Assembly (NCBI GenBank): GCA_021372315.1
Contig: JAJFUT010000109.1
Location: forward strand, 3,759 to 67,758
Reading direction: 5' to 3'
Length of the DNA: 64,000 nt
From: Methanobacteriota archaeon
GTDB lineage: Archaea > Thermoplasmatota > Thermoplasmata > Methanomassiliicoccales > UBA472
Positions 18,110 through 27,722 of this stretch are shown in pieces; positions within the stretch are counted from its first letter, which is position 1, and the number at the start of each line of letters is the position of its first letter. Below the pieces are notes generated by a model that was not told where the DNA came from, did not search any database, and worked only from the letters and a program-made list of their open reading frames with translations. The translations under genes were made by a program, and so were the position numbers.

Positions 18110-19056
18110 TTCGGAACACCTTTCCTCGCTTCAGTAGCGGCGACATGCGCCATCCTCAGCACGTCCGTCCTTGTGTTCGACAGGTATGAGAGGACGATCG
18201 ATTCGGCCGTGCCTAGCGATATCCTGTGGCCTACGGACACATAGTATCTCCTCCGTCCCGCCACGATTGCCCTGCCCATCAGCTCCCCGTCGAGCAGGAT
18301 ATCTCCGTTCTCCTGCACCTGGCCCGTCAGAATGGATTTCGCCACGCCAACTGTCGGCAGCCCCGTCCTTACGCCCAGATGGGAGGCGATGCCGAACCTT
18401 CGCGGGTGCAGACGCCCCTGTCCGTCGACGAGGACGACGGTGCCATTTTCCTTATCCAGCAGTTTGATCAATGAAGGCATCTCCCTGAAGCTGAGATAGC
18501 CCGGGACATAGGGGAACTCGACCTTCGTCCGGGAGATCCTGGTCGAGATATCTCCGCTCTTCACGTCGAGCGTGACGGCGGCTGCGAAGGCATCGTCCCC
18601 TTCGTAGGATACGTCCAGGCCGACGATCCTCTCGACGGGGTCGAAATCGTCTTTCGTCGCGACCTCGGCGGCGGAGAGGGATTGCAATTCCCTCATCTCC
18701 CTGAGCACTGGTCTCAGATCGAACCTGTCGAATCGGAGGGCCTCCAGGTTCTGGACCACCCCGTCGACTATCTCAAGGCCCTCTTCCCTGAGGAGTCTGG
18801 TCTTGGTGTCGTTTCCCTTCCCGAGACCGCGGTACCAGCCGACACGGCCATCCCTGTAGACGACCCTGTGGCAGGGGACGACGATCGGTCTGGGGTTCGA
18901 TGAAAGGGTCGTTCCAACGGCCCGCGACGCGGCCTTGTCCCCGAGCGCCTCGGCGATGTCGCCGTATGTGCTGACCATCCCCCGCGGTATCTGAGAGGTG
19001 GCATCGTAGATGTGCCTGTACAGATCGCAATCCTCGAGGTCGCTGTATTCTTTCAT
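18106..19056 (-). CDS. fusion protein: O6-alkylguanine-DNA alkyltransferase domain + endonuclease V
   Basis: The N-terminal ~110 aa carry YGDIAEALG...NPRPIVVPCHRVV (PCHR active site). The C-terminal ~200 aa carry GLDVSY, YVPGYLSFREMP, VLVDGQGRLHPRRFGIASHLGV, PTVGVAKS (EndoV). Confidence 0.85.
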   Translation of the reverse strand: MKEYSDLEDCDLYRHIYDATSQIPRGMVSTYGDIAEALGDKAASRAVGTTLSSNPRPIVVPCHRVVYRDGRVGWYRGLGKGNDTKTRLLREEGLEIVDGVVQNLEALRFDRFDLRPVLREMRELQSLSAAEVATKDDFDPVERIVGLDVSYEGDDAFAAAVTLDVKSGDISTRISRTKVEFPYVPGYLSFREMPSLIKLLDKENGTVVLVDGQGRLHPRRFGIASHLGVRTGLPTVGVAKSILTGQVQENGDILLDGELMGRAIVAGRRRYYVSVGHRISLGTAESIVLSYLSNTRTDVLRMAHVAATEARKGVPK

Positions 19057-19109
19057 GCGTCCGCTAATTGTGCTTCAGTGATAATATAACGATTCGTCCG
19101 CCGGCAGCA

Positions 19110-20525
19110 TCACGACCGGGGGACCCTCACGAAGGCCACGAGCACAAGGCTGGTGAGGAGCAGGGCCGATGTGAGCAGTGTCGGAGCGAACCAGCTTCCG
19201 GTCCAATCCCTCAGTGCGCCGGACAGTACGGGCGACATCAGCGCCCCCATCTCAGCGACGAGGTTCCACATCCCGAACGCCTGACCCATCATGCCCTTGG
19301 GGGCCAGGTCCGATGTGATCGTCATGTGGACCGTCTGCATCGCCGAGAACAGGACGCCGATCGCGAAAAGGACGGCGGCAAGTCCGAGAACGTCTATCTC
19401 TCCAGACGATATGATCCATGCCATTATCAGCACCAAGATCGCCACCGATCCGCACAGCACCAGGTACGGGACCTTCCTCCCTCTTCCCTTCTCGAGAGCC
19501 CTGTCGTACATTCTGCCGCCCAGCGGATACCCGATGATGCTGGCGATCCCGAACAGGCCGGCGTACATTGCCGAGCCCGTCAGCCCCATCTCGGTGGACT
19601 CTGACACCACCAGCATTGCCCAGTAACCGAAGAACCATAGGGTGTACAGGATCGGGATGGCCGAGATGTACATCAGCACCAGCCCCCTGTCCCTGAGCAC
19701 GGGCGCGCTCTCCTTGCCCATCTTCACATAGATGATGTAAACGAGGACCAGTGCCAGCAGGACGATCGCCGCGCTCTGTTCGATCCCGCCCCACCCCAGC
19801 CAAAGCGTCATCTGGAAGACGCTCATGATCGAAGCCAGGAAGACGAAGGCGATAAGGAGGAGCGAGAAGAGCGGCCTCCATCCCGAGACGCCCTTCTCGG
19901 CCTTTGGTTTGAAGGCCCTCCTCATGCCCAGGGACACGAGCAGAGTTATCGGGGAGAACAGGAGGAACGGAACGGTCCAGGCCGCCTCATCGCCTACGTA
20001 GGCCGCTGCCGTATCCATGATCCAGGGCGCGGATACGGTCGCTATCGTTAGGCCGAGCGCAAGTCCGACGAAGACCACCCCCATGGCCAGCCCCTTCTTC
20101 TCCCTGGGCGTCACCTCATCGATGATCGCCCTGTCGTTCGAGTAATAAGCTCCCTCCCCAAGTCCGGTCAGGACCCTCAAGGCCACGAACGCCGTGAGGG
20201 ACCTGGCGAAGGTGCTGGCGAAGGTCATGACCGCTGCCCATGCCGTGCTGATCACGACCATCCATCTTCGCCCGTATCTGTCGCCAAGATAGCCTGCGGG
20301 GTATTGCGTGAGCATGTACCCCGCGAAGAACATCGAACCGATGATGCCACCGAGGGCATGCTCCATCGGCGCCTCTGCGAAGAACCCGACCTGGTTCTGT
20401 ATCATCCACGAGACGACCGGCCCCGTAAGACTTCTGTCGATGTAGCACACGGTCCATGCAAGGAACAGCCATGCCCATACCCCGTGATAGCTCTCGAATC
20501 TTTTTGACGGCCTCAAGGAACGCAT
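19110..20525 (-). CDS. MFS transporter
   Basis: 471 aa with about 12 TM segments. The loop motif GYLGDRYGRR is the MFS signature. Confidence 0.85.
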   Translation of the reverse strand: MRSLRPSKRFESYHGVWAWLFLAWTVCYIDRSLTGPVVSWMIQNQVGFFAEAPMEHALGGIIGSMFFAGYMLTQYPAGYLGDRYGRRWMVVISTAWAAVMTFASTFARSLTAFVALRVLTGLGEGAYYSNDRAIIDEVTPREKKGLAMGVVFVGLALGLTIATVSAPWIMDTAAAYVGDEAAWTVPFLLFSPITLLVSLGMRRAFKPKAEKGVSGWRPLFSLLLIAFVFLASIMSVFQMTLWLGWGGIEQSAAIVLLALVLVYIIYVKMGKESAPVLRDRGLVLMYISAIPILYTLWFFGYWAMLVVSESTEMGLTGSAMYAGLFGIASIIGYPLGGRMYDRALEKGRGRKVPYLVLCGSVAILVLIMAWIISSGEIDVLGLAAVLFAIGVLFSAMQTVHMTITSDLAPKGMMGQAFGMWNLVAEMGALMSPVLSGALRDWTGSWFAPTLLTSALLLTSLVLVAFVRVPRS

Positions 20526-20621
20526 TCCCCCGAAGCCATTTCCTGGATTCAGGCTGGAAATGGTAAAACAATGCCTGATGATCTGAACGTTCCAACGCCT
20601 TTGTATTATTTATGGCGGGGC

Positions 20622-21119
20622 TCATTCCCCGCCATATCTCTGAAAGAAGAACAGGTCGTCGCGGGCCTTCCTGTTCCTCGGTTCGGGGCTCTCGGCCGGA
20701 TACCCGACCGCAAGGCAGACGGTGATGGACTTGTTCTTCGGGATGCCCAGGTAATCCCCGAGCCTTTCGGGGTCGAACGCTCCGATCCAGCAGCTTCCCA
20801 GTCCCTTCTCGACCGCTGCGAGGCTCACGTGGTCCAAAGCGATCGCGATATCGACCTTCGCCCATTTCTGCTGGGGGTCGTCGATGCCGATGAAGAACGC
20901 CCCGCAATCTTCAATGAACGTCTGGTTCTTGCACAACGGGACAAGGTCGGCGATCCTCTTCCTGTCCGTGACGACGATCATCTCCCAAGGCTGCCTGTTC
21001 GCACCCGATGGCGCCAATCTCGCAGCCTCTAGGAGGTCCTCGAGGTCGTCCATTGGAATCTCCTTCCTCACATACTTCCTGATGCTGCGCCTGGACCGGA
21101 TCGCTTCCCTGGTGTCCAT
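20622..21119 (-). CDS. nitroreductase-family protein
   Basis: 165 aa. AIRSRRSIRKY, APSGANRQPW. Confidence 0.85.
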   Translation of the reverse strand: MDTREAIRSRRSIRKYVRKEIPMDDLEDLLEAARLAPSGANRQPWEMIVVTDRKRIADLVPLCKNQTFIEDCGAFFIGIDDPQQKWAKVDIAIALDHVSLAAVEKGLGSCWIGAFDPERLGDYLGIPKNKSITVCLAVGYPAESPEPRNRKARDDLFFFQRYGGE

Positions 21120-21203
21120 TGATTTTCCCCGTTTAGATATTGCATTACATGGTATGTAAAGTATTGATATCGATAAAGGGAATGATGAAAGAGGTTTGGC
21201 GGA

Positions 21204-22781
21204 TCATTGCTTCGCTTGTTCCGTCTTCACGTAGACGACGCTCTGCGGGTAGGGGATCTCGATACCGTTCTCTTTGAACTTCTTGTAAAGTATCTCCCTG
21301 AACTCCGAAGCCGCCTTCCACTTGTTCACGGCGTTGTCGATCCCGATGAATATCTTCATATTGATCGACGAATCCGCGAATTCGCTCAGCCTGATCGAAG
21401 GGACCTTGTCCTTCTTGGAATTGGACATCTCTAGGTATGAATCAACCATGAGCCTTTTCACCAGCTCCAGGTCAGAGTTGTAAGCAACACCGACGGAAAC
21501 GGCGATCGTCAGCTCCTTGTCCGGCATGACCACGTTGATGATCTTGTTGTTAGCTATCGTTGCGTTGGGTATGATCACGAGCTGATTGCTCGTCGTATCC
21601 AGCATCTCGGTCGCTCTGAGCCCGATGTGCTTGATCTCACCGTAGTCGCCTGAGTCCATGAGGAGAAGGTCCCCGACCTTGAACGGACGGTCTATGAGCA
21701 GTTGTATGCCAGCGAAGAAGTTCGCCAAAGTTGTCTGGGCTGCCAGACCGACGACTATGCCCAGGAACCCGGCGCCCGCAAGGAACACGGTCAGGTCATA
21801 TCCCAATATGCCGCAGACCAGCATGACCGCGATGAACGGGAACAGGATCATCCCGATCTTTTCGAGCACCGGTATGAGGACATCATCCAGTTCGGTGTCC
21901 GTCTTGTTCGCGAACTTCTTCGCGTAGTGCAGAACGACCTCGACGTAGATCTTGTATGCCAGCCAGGACCCGATGAGGACAAGGGAGATGGCATAGATCG
22001 TCTCGATGTTGGCGAGCATCTTCTGCGATATGTCCAGGATCTCGATCGAACCAACAGCGCCGATCAGGACGATCAGCGAGAACACCGGCATCCTCAGGAT
22101 GCCGAGGACGATATCGTCCAGGTCCGTCTTCGTCTTCTTCGTCATCATATGGACGGCCGGGTCGACAACGAAATAGAACAGAAGGCCTATCAATATCCAG
22201 CCGAGCAATGTCACGAGGAAGGCGCCATCATTCGTATCGAGGGGCGAGGGCAGGTCATTCTCCCAGATGTTGAATATCTTGTTCTCACCGGCGTTCACAC
22301 CGAATATGGAGACGGTACCTAGGTCGACAGACCTGCTGGTGACCGTTACATCGGTGAGATCGTTCATCGCGGTGGCGGTGAAATTGACCAGGAACACCTT
22401 TTGAAGGTCCTCCACGTCCCTGTCGGCGGTGAACGTCACGATCATCGACACGGACTCGCCAGGCTCTAAGGTCACGAAGTCGTCCTCGAAGGACGCGGTG
22501 ATCCCATGGTAGCTGTCCGGGAACACGGTACCTTTGACCACGAGCGGCTCGGTGCCATTGTTATAGATGACATATTCGAAGACCACGCTCTCTTCCGCCC
22601 TAAGCTCCCTGGAAGGACCGGACTGGTCCAATACATTTATCTCCCCCGCGGACGCCGTAGGGAACATCGTCAACAGCAGAAGGACGGCGAACAACGATGC
22701 GACCATCGCCATCGACGCCTTTCCATACCTGATCTGGGCATTCATGCTGCACCGCACCTCGAATTTCATAGGCTCCATCAC
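21204..22781 (-). CDS. MscS-family mechanosensitive channel with a large N-terminal extracellular domain
   Basis: 525 aa. Signal/TM, then a ~170-aa external domain, TM helices, then ANFFAGIQLLIDRPFKVGD (MscS pore-helix/beta-domain signature). The start could instead be the internal Met (MNAQIRY...). Confidence 0.85.
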   Translation of the reverse strand: MMEPMKFEVRCSMNAQIRYGKASMAMVASLFAVLLLLTMFPTASAGEINVLDQSGPSRELRAEESVVFEYVIYNNGTEPLVVKGTVFPDSYHGITASFEDDFVTLEPGESVSMIVTFTADRDVEDLQKVFLVNFTATAMNDLTDVTVTSRSVDLGTVSIFGVNAGENKIFNIWENDLPSPLDTNDGAFLVTLLGWILIGLLFYFVVDPAVHMMTKKTKTDLDDIVLGILRMPVFSLIVLIGAVGSIEILDISQKMLANIETIYAISLVLIGSWLAYKIYVEVVLHYAKKFANKTDTELDDVLIPVLEKIGMILFPFIAVMLVCGILGYDLTVFLAGAGFLGIVVGLAAQTTLANFFAGIQLLIDRPFKVGDLLLMDSGDYGEIKHIGLRATEMLDTTSNQLVIIPNATIANNKIINVVMPDKELTIAVSVGVAYNSDLELVKRLMVDSYLEMSNSKKDKVPSIRLSEFADSSINMKIFIGIDNAVNKWKAASEFREILYKKFKENGIEIPYPQSVVYVKTEQAKQ

Positions 22782-22873
22782 GTCCCCCTATTATAAGGGA
22801 ATCGAAGTGACCAGCGTGAGTGATTTGTCACAATCGAAGATGGCCTGAAAACATTATATCCGTTCTTGATGTT

Positions 22874-23764
22874 ATGGCCAACATGGATTGGATGCCCATC
22901 GCCCGTCTCGCGATCGCCGTCGCGGTGCTGATCTACGGGTCATACACCGACTGGAAGACGAGGACGGCCTCAGATACCTGTTGGATCGTCATGGGGATCG
23001 CCGGCCTGGCGTTCCTCGCTGTGGACATCCTCGACAGAGGGGAGGACCTCACCTATCTGCTGATGCTCATCCCTATCGGCTGGCTGTTCTTCGATCTGCT
23101 CATAGACAGGAAAGGGCTGTTCGAACCGGGCACCAACTACCTGCCGCTCGGCCTCTATGTGGTCAGCTTTGCCATTCTCGGGTATATGGTGTACTCGTTC
23201 AACGGGGAAGCGTACCTATGGGCCCTGATATCCATACCGATCATGTTCCTGCTCTACTACATCCTCTACATATTCGATATCATAAAGGGGGGCGCCGATG
23301 CGAAGGCATTGATCGCCCTATCTCTTCTGATGCCGGTCTATCCGATCATCGGCTCGTTGCCCATCATCGCCCTTCCCAGCGACGTGGCGCAGTACGTGAT
23401 GCCGTTCTCGCTTCTCTCGTTGTTCTACGGGGCGCTGCTGACCATCGTCGTTCCGTTGTACTATCTCGTCGTCAACACCATCCGCGGAGACCGGAAGTTC
23501 CCGTCGATGCTCTTCGGTGTGCGCATGGACATGGCCGAGGCAAAAAGGAAGTTCGTCTGGCCGATGGAGTACGTCGACGGAGAGGAGATCAAGATATCCT
23601 CCTTCCCCAAAGGCCCAGAATCGATCGAGGAGCATTTCGCCACCCTCGAGGCCAAAGGACTGACGAGGATATGGGTGACACCGAAGATCCCGATGCTCAT
23701 CCCGATAACGGCTGGTGTGATCATAGCCGCGACCGTCGGGAACGCGCTCTTCCTGCTCTTCTGA
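22874..23764 (+). CDS. A24-family aspartic peptidase (archaeal prepilin/preflagellin peptidase-like) with a C-terminal soluble domain
   Basis: ATG at 22874 (MANMDWMPIARL...). The two catalytic Asp contexts are YTDWKTR and GGADAKAL. Polytopic membrane protein. Confidence 0.75.
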   Translation: MANMDWMPIARLAIAVAVLIYGSYTDWKTRTASDTCWIVMGIAGLAFLAVDILDRGEDLTYLLMLIPIGWLFFDLLIDRKGLFEPGTNYLPLGLYVVSFAILGYMVYSFNGEAYLWALISIPIMFLLYYILYIFDIIKGGADAKALIALSLLMPVYPIIGSLPIIALPSDVAQYVMPFSLLSLFYGALLTIVVPLYYLVVNTIRGDRKFPSMLFGVRMDMAEAKRKFVWPMEYVDGEEIKISSFPKGPESIEEHFATLEAKGLTRIWVTPKIPMLIPITAGVIIAATVGNALFLLF

Positions 23765-24398
23765 GCGGATATGGACAATGGTCCGACAGCGGGCATTCGT
23801 CGCATCCAGGGACCGTACGGCAGACGCTCTTGCAGTGTTGGACGCACAAGGCGTAGAACTCCCTGTACGCGCCAGGCGACCGGGGGAGCTTCGATTCCAC
23901 GAAACGTTGGACATCGTCATAGGCCAACGAACTGAACGTCCCGGTCCTGGACAGTACTCTGGACACGTATGAGGCGGCCACGAACTTCGGTCTGCCGCCC
24001 GCGAACAGCAAGATCGAATCGGCGGTCTCCTTTCCGATGCCCCCGAGGGAAAGCAGCTCCCACCTGGCGGCGTCCGTGTCCTGCATCAGCATGGCCATCG
24101 CGTCCCCTTCGTAGCGGTCCAGGATGTGTCGGGACATGCCGCGCAGGTGCTTCGCCTTCTGATTGTAGAACCCCGTCGGCCTGATGACCCTCTCCAGGTC
24201 CCCGTCGGCGTTGGCCAACGCGCCTACGTCCATCAATCCCCTTTCTCGCATTTCGTCGAGCACCTTCGACACGGTCTCCCAGACGGTCTGCTGCGTCAGC
24301 ACCGCCCCGACCATCACTTCGAAGGGAGACCCCGAAGGCCACCAATCCTCGACATCATATTCTTCTGACAACCGGAGCCGCAGCTCGCCGATCTTCAA
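23721..24398 (-). CDS. endonuclease III-related HhH-GPD protein with an Fe-S cluster loop
   Basis: 225 aa. VGAVLTQQTVWE, LLSLGGIGKETADSILLFA (HhH), C-terminal CKSVCRTVPGCDECPLSDHC. Its 3' end overlaps the convergent peptidase gene by 44 nt. Confidence 0.8.
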   Translation of the reverse strand: MKIGELRLRLSEEYDVEDWWPSGSPFEVMVGAVLTQQTVWETVSKVLDEMRERGLMDVGALANADGDLERVIRPTGFYNQKAKHLRGMSRHILDRYEGDAMAMLMQDTDAARWELLSLGGIGKETADSILLFAGGRPKFVAASYVSRVLSRTGTFSSLAYDDVQRFVESKLPRSPGAYREFYALCVQHCKSVCRTVPGCDECPLSDHCPYPLRRAGRARSRRSRL

Positions 24399-24411
24399 GA
24401 TCGATCCCCCT

Positions 24412-25416
24412 TCAAAGAACGAGCGCGAGCGACGCTCCGCACTTGCCGCACCTTCCGTCCTTCACGTTGACCATCCTCATCGAGAAACCGCTCCTCTTAA
24501 TGGCGAGGCTTCCGCACTCGGGGCAGTATGTGCTCTCCTGGTCCGAGGTCATGTTGCCTACGTACGCGAACCTGACACCTTTCTCCTTCGCGATCTTGCA
24601 CGCCCTTTCCATCGTGCTCGCCGGGGTCGGCGGAACGTCCTTCATCTTGTAGTCGGGGTGGAACCTCGAGAAATGCACGGGCATGTTCACATCGATGCCT
24701 GCGGACCATTCGGAGAACCGCTCCAGCTCACCTACGGGATCGTTCTTGCCGGGTATGATCAGGTATGTAAGTTCGACATGGACACCGATCTCCTTTGCGA
24801 CACTGACCGCATCAAGTACAGGCGCTAGCTTCGCCTTGCAGACGTTCTTGTAGAACTCCTCGGTGAACCCCTTGACGTCGATGTTCATCGCGTCCACGAT
24901 GCCCTTCATCCTCCTGAGCGGCTCCTCGCTGATGTAGCCGTTGGTCACGAACGTGGTGAAGATCCCGCGCTCCTTGCATATCCTTCCTGAATCGATGACG
25001 AACTCCGTCCACATCGTCGGTTCGTTGTAGGTCCACGAGATGCCCTTGCACCCCGAGGACCTGACGAGCTCGGGAACGCCTTCTGGCGGGACATCTCTGA
25101 GGAAGAACGAGTCCGGTCCCGCCTGGGAGATGCTGAAGTTCTGGCAGTGCAGGCACCCCAGATTGCATCCGACGCTGCCCAAGGAGAGAACGTTCTCGCC
25201 CGGTTTGAAATGGTACAGCGGCTTCTTCTCGATCGGATCGATGTTGAGCGAGGAGACCTTGCCATAGGTCATCGCCATCAGCTTCCCGGCGACATTCGTT
25301 CTGACACCGCATATGCCGCTCTTCCCCTTGGCGATAAGGCAGAGATGGGGGCACAGGCCGCACCTTACCTTGTCGCCCTCCTCCTTCCAGAAATCCGCCT
25401 CGTGCATATATCTCAC
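24412..25416 (-). CDS. AmmeMemoRadiSam-system-type radical SAM enzyme (PFL-activase-like)
   Basis: 334 aa. N-terminal VRCGLCPHLCLIAKGKSGICGVR plus the radical-SAM motif CNLGCLHCQN. Confidence 0.8.
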   Translation of the reverse strand: MRYMHEADFWKEEGDKVRCGLCPHLCLIAKGKSGICGVRTNVAGKLMAMTYGKVSSLNIDPIEKKPLYHFKPGENVLSLGSVGCNLGCLHCQNFSISQAGPDSFFLRDVPPEGVPELVRSSGCKGISWTYNEPTMWTEFVIDSGRICKERGIFTTFVTNGYISEEPLRRMKGIVDAMNIDVKGFTEEFYKNVCKAKLAPVLDAVSVAKEIGVHVELTYLIIPGKNDPVGELERFSEWSAGIDVNMPVHFSRFHPDYKMKDVPPTPASTMERACKIAKEKGVRFAYVGNMTSDQESTYCPECGSLAIKRSGFSMRMVNVKDGRCGKCGASLALVL

Positions 25417-26375
25417 CCTTTGAAATGCTCGTATCCCTTGTATGGCAACGGACCTTTTCCGCCCTCGCCGATCAACACGACGTCCCTTTCCAGCGTCGCC
25501 CTTCCGATCACTGAGACATCGTCCTTCATCATGCTCATGAGCCTTCCGAGCCCGGAAGGGTCTATCGTGAACAGAAGCTGATAGTCCCCTCCGCTGTAGA
25601 GGGCCGCGTCATCGACCAGCTTGCCGTACTTCTCGCATATGGCCACGGCCGCCGGGTCAACGGGAACCTTGTCTCGCATCACCTCGAAGCCAACCCCGCT
25701 CGCGTTCGAGAGCTCATGTACGGACATGGCGAGCCCGTCCGAGGTGTCCATGCAGGAAGTGACGCAACCGGACGCGGAGAGCAGAACGCCCTCCCTGATC
25801 CTCGGCCTCGGCTCCAACGCAGCTTTCCTGGCCCTTCGGTCATGATCGTCAAGGTCCATCTCATGGAATGCCGCGCCGGCAAGTCCGACCGTGCCCGTTA
25901 CCGCCAGGAGGTCCCCTTCCTTCGCACCGGACCTCTTCAAAAGTCCGTCGGTCCTGACCAATCCGAGGGAGGTCCCGGCGATGGTGAGCTCTGGGCACTC
26001 CTTCGTGTCGCCGCCAAGATATTTTGCGCTCACAGATTCGCAGCAGTCCGTGACGCCCTCGACCATGTCCATTAGCGTGTCCGAGCCCGTGCTTCGAGGA
26101 AGTCCCATGGCCATCACGACGCCGATCGGCTCCGCCCCCATAGCGGCGATGTCGCTTAGGTTGACCGCCGCGGCCATCCATCCGACCTGATACGCGCTCA
26201 TGCGATCGGGGATGTGGGTCCTCTTCGAGATGAGGTCCGTGCTGACGACGAGATATCGGCTTCCGATACGCACGCAAGCAGCATCGTCCCCCATGCCTAC
26301 GACCCCGCGGGGCAGGAGTCTCGAAAGGACGGCCCTGACGGCCTCCTTCTCGCCTAGCTCGTTCAGCGTGGACAT
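25413..26375 (-). CDS. thiL: thiamine-monophosphate kinase
   Basis: 320 aa. GDDAACV, VSTDLISKRTH, NLSDIAAMGAEP, and an AIR-synthase-related C-terminal domain. 4-nt overlap with the downstream gene. Confidence 0.85.
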   Translation of the reverse strand: MSTLNELGEKEAVRAVLSRLLPRGVVGMGDDAACVRIGSRYLVVSTDLISKRTHIPDRMSAYQVGWMAAAVNLSDIAAMGAEPIGVVMAMGLPRSTGSDTLMDMVEGVTDCCESVSAKYLGGDTKECPELTIAGTSLGLVRTDGLLKRSGAKEGDLLAVTGTVGLAGAAFHEMDLDDHDRRARKAALEPRPRIREGVLLSASGCVTSCMDTSDGLAMSVHELSNASGVGFEVMRDKVPVDPAAVAICEKYGKLVDDAALYSGGDYQLLFTIDPSGLGRLMSMMKDDVSVIGRATLERDVVLIGEGGKGPLPYKGYEHFKG

Positions 26376-26477
26376 CGTGAAATCATATGCGACGCCCCCA
26401 ATTAAAGATTTATCTGGCCGCTTCCGGTGAGGTCATCGGCAACCGTTTAATATGCCAGCATCATTAATCTCACCTGC

Positions 26478-27722
26478 ATGGTCGAGATCAAGCTCCCTTA
26501 TGGCAAGGACGCATCGAGGACGGTCGAGGTCCCGGACAGGAACTTCCTGGGGAACCTTTCGCCCAAGGACGTCATGCTCGGCGACAGGGACGATGTCATC
26601 AACCGCTCGCTCGACCGCCCCATCGGTTCGGCCGGGATAGAGCAGTTCCTGGAAGGCGGGAAGGACGTCGTTTTCATCGTCAACGACGGGACGAGGCCTA
26701 CGCCAACGGCCTCGGTGCTTGAGGCGCTGTCAAAGAGGGTCGATCTCTCGAAGTTCAGGTTCCTCGTGGCCACAGGCGCTCACCGCGGTCCGAACGAGGA
26801 GGAGCTCGGTTTCATCTTCGGGGGCGTATTGGAGAAGGTACGGGCCAACATCCATTCTCACGATTCAAGGAATGATAGGTGCGTCCATCTAGGCCGCTCC
26901 AAGAACGGCACCGACATGGAGGTGAACGAGATCGCCGTCAACGCGGACAGGCTCATCATCATCACCAGCGTCGAGCCCCATTACTTCGCCGGATACACTG
27001 GCGGAAGGAAATCGTTCCTTCCTGGCGTGGCGTCGTTCCGGTGCATCGAGCAGAACCACCGTCTCGCCATGAGGAAGGAGGCCGAGGTGCTCAGGCTCGA
27101 AGGCAATCCCGTCCACGAGGATATGATCGACGCCCTCCAGGTCGTCAAAGGGAAGAGCATATTCTCCATCCAGATCGTCATGGACCGGCATCAGAACGTT
27201 TACAAGGTGGCCAGCGGCGACCTGTTCTCGGCGTTCTACAAGGCCGTTTCCTGGGCCGATGAGGTGTTCTCCGCCGAGCTGAAGGAGAGGGCAGACATGG
27301 TCATTTCGGTGGCACCCTATCCCATGGACGTCGACCTGTACCAGTCGCAGAAGGCGATAGACAATGCCAAGCACGCTCTGAAGGACGGCGGGGTCGCTCT
27401 GCTCGTCTCCAAGTGCAGAGAGGGATTCGGCGACGACACTTTCTGTAAACAGCTCTCGTCATCGAATGACCCCGAGGCGATACTCAGGAACATGGAGTGC
27501 GAATATAGGCTCGGTTATCACAAGGCGGCAAAGGTCGCCGAGATGATGTGCCGCTCCAGGATATGGGCCGTCACGGACCTTGATCCAGATGAGCTCGCTG
27601 GCATGAACATCACGCCGTTCAAGGACGTTCAGGAGGCGGTCGACACGTTCCTATCGGAACGTCCCGACGCAAAGATATTAGTGATGATGGACGGTAGCGT
27701 CACCGTCCCGAGGGTCGTTTAG
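26478..27722 (+). CDS. LarA-family (DUF2088) nickel-pincer lactate-racemase-like protein
   Basis: 414 aa. VNDGTRPTPTA, EPHYFAGYTGGRKS, GNPVHEDM. Confidence 0.8.
   Translation: MVEIKLPYGKDASRTVEVPDRNFLGNLSPKDVMLGDRDDVINRSLDRPIGSAGIEQFLEGGKDVVFIVNDGTRPTPTASVLEALSKRVDLSKFRFLVATGAHRGPNEEELGFIFGGVLEKVRANIHSHDSRNDRCVHLGRSKNGTDMEVNEIAVNADRLIIITSVEPHYFAGYTGGRKSFLPGVASFRCIEQNHRLAMRKEAEVLRLEGNPVHEDMIDALQVVKGKSIFSIQIVMDRHQNVYKVASGDLFSAFYKAVSWADEVFSAELKERADMVISVAPYPMDVDLYQSQKAIDNAKHALKDGGVALLVSKCREGFGDDTFCKQLSSSNDPEAILRNMECEYRLGYHKAAKVAEMMCRSRIWAVTDLDPDELAGMNITPFKDVQEAVDTFLSERPDAKILVMMDGSVTVPRVV

Noticed and set aside
17084-18244. 386-aa plus-strand ORF, plus 17436..18137
   Set aside because: These are antisense to panE and to the 3' end of the AGT-EndoV gene.
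20116-20907. 263-aa minus-strand ORF spanning the MFS 5' end and the nitroreductase 3' end
   Set aside because: It crosses an intergenic region in an alternate frame of two well-supported genes and is Arg/Gly/Pro-rich.
22888-23856. 322-aa plus-strand ORF in an alternate frame of the A24 peptidase, plus minus ORF 23318..23920
   Set aside because: Both are Arg/His/Pro-rich with no TM segments. The 22874..23764 frame contains both catalytic Asp motifs.
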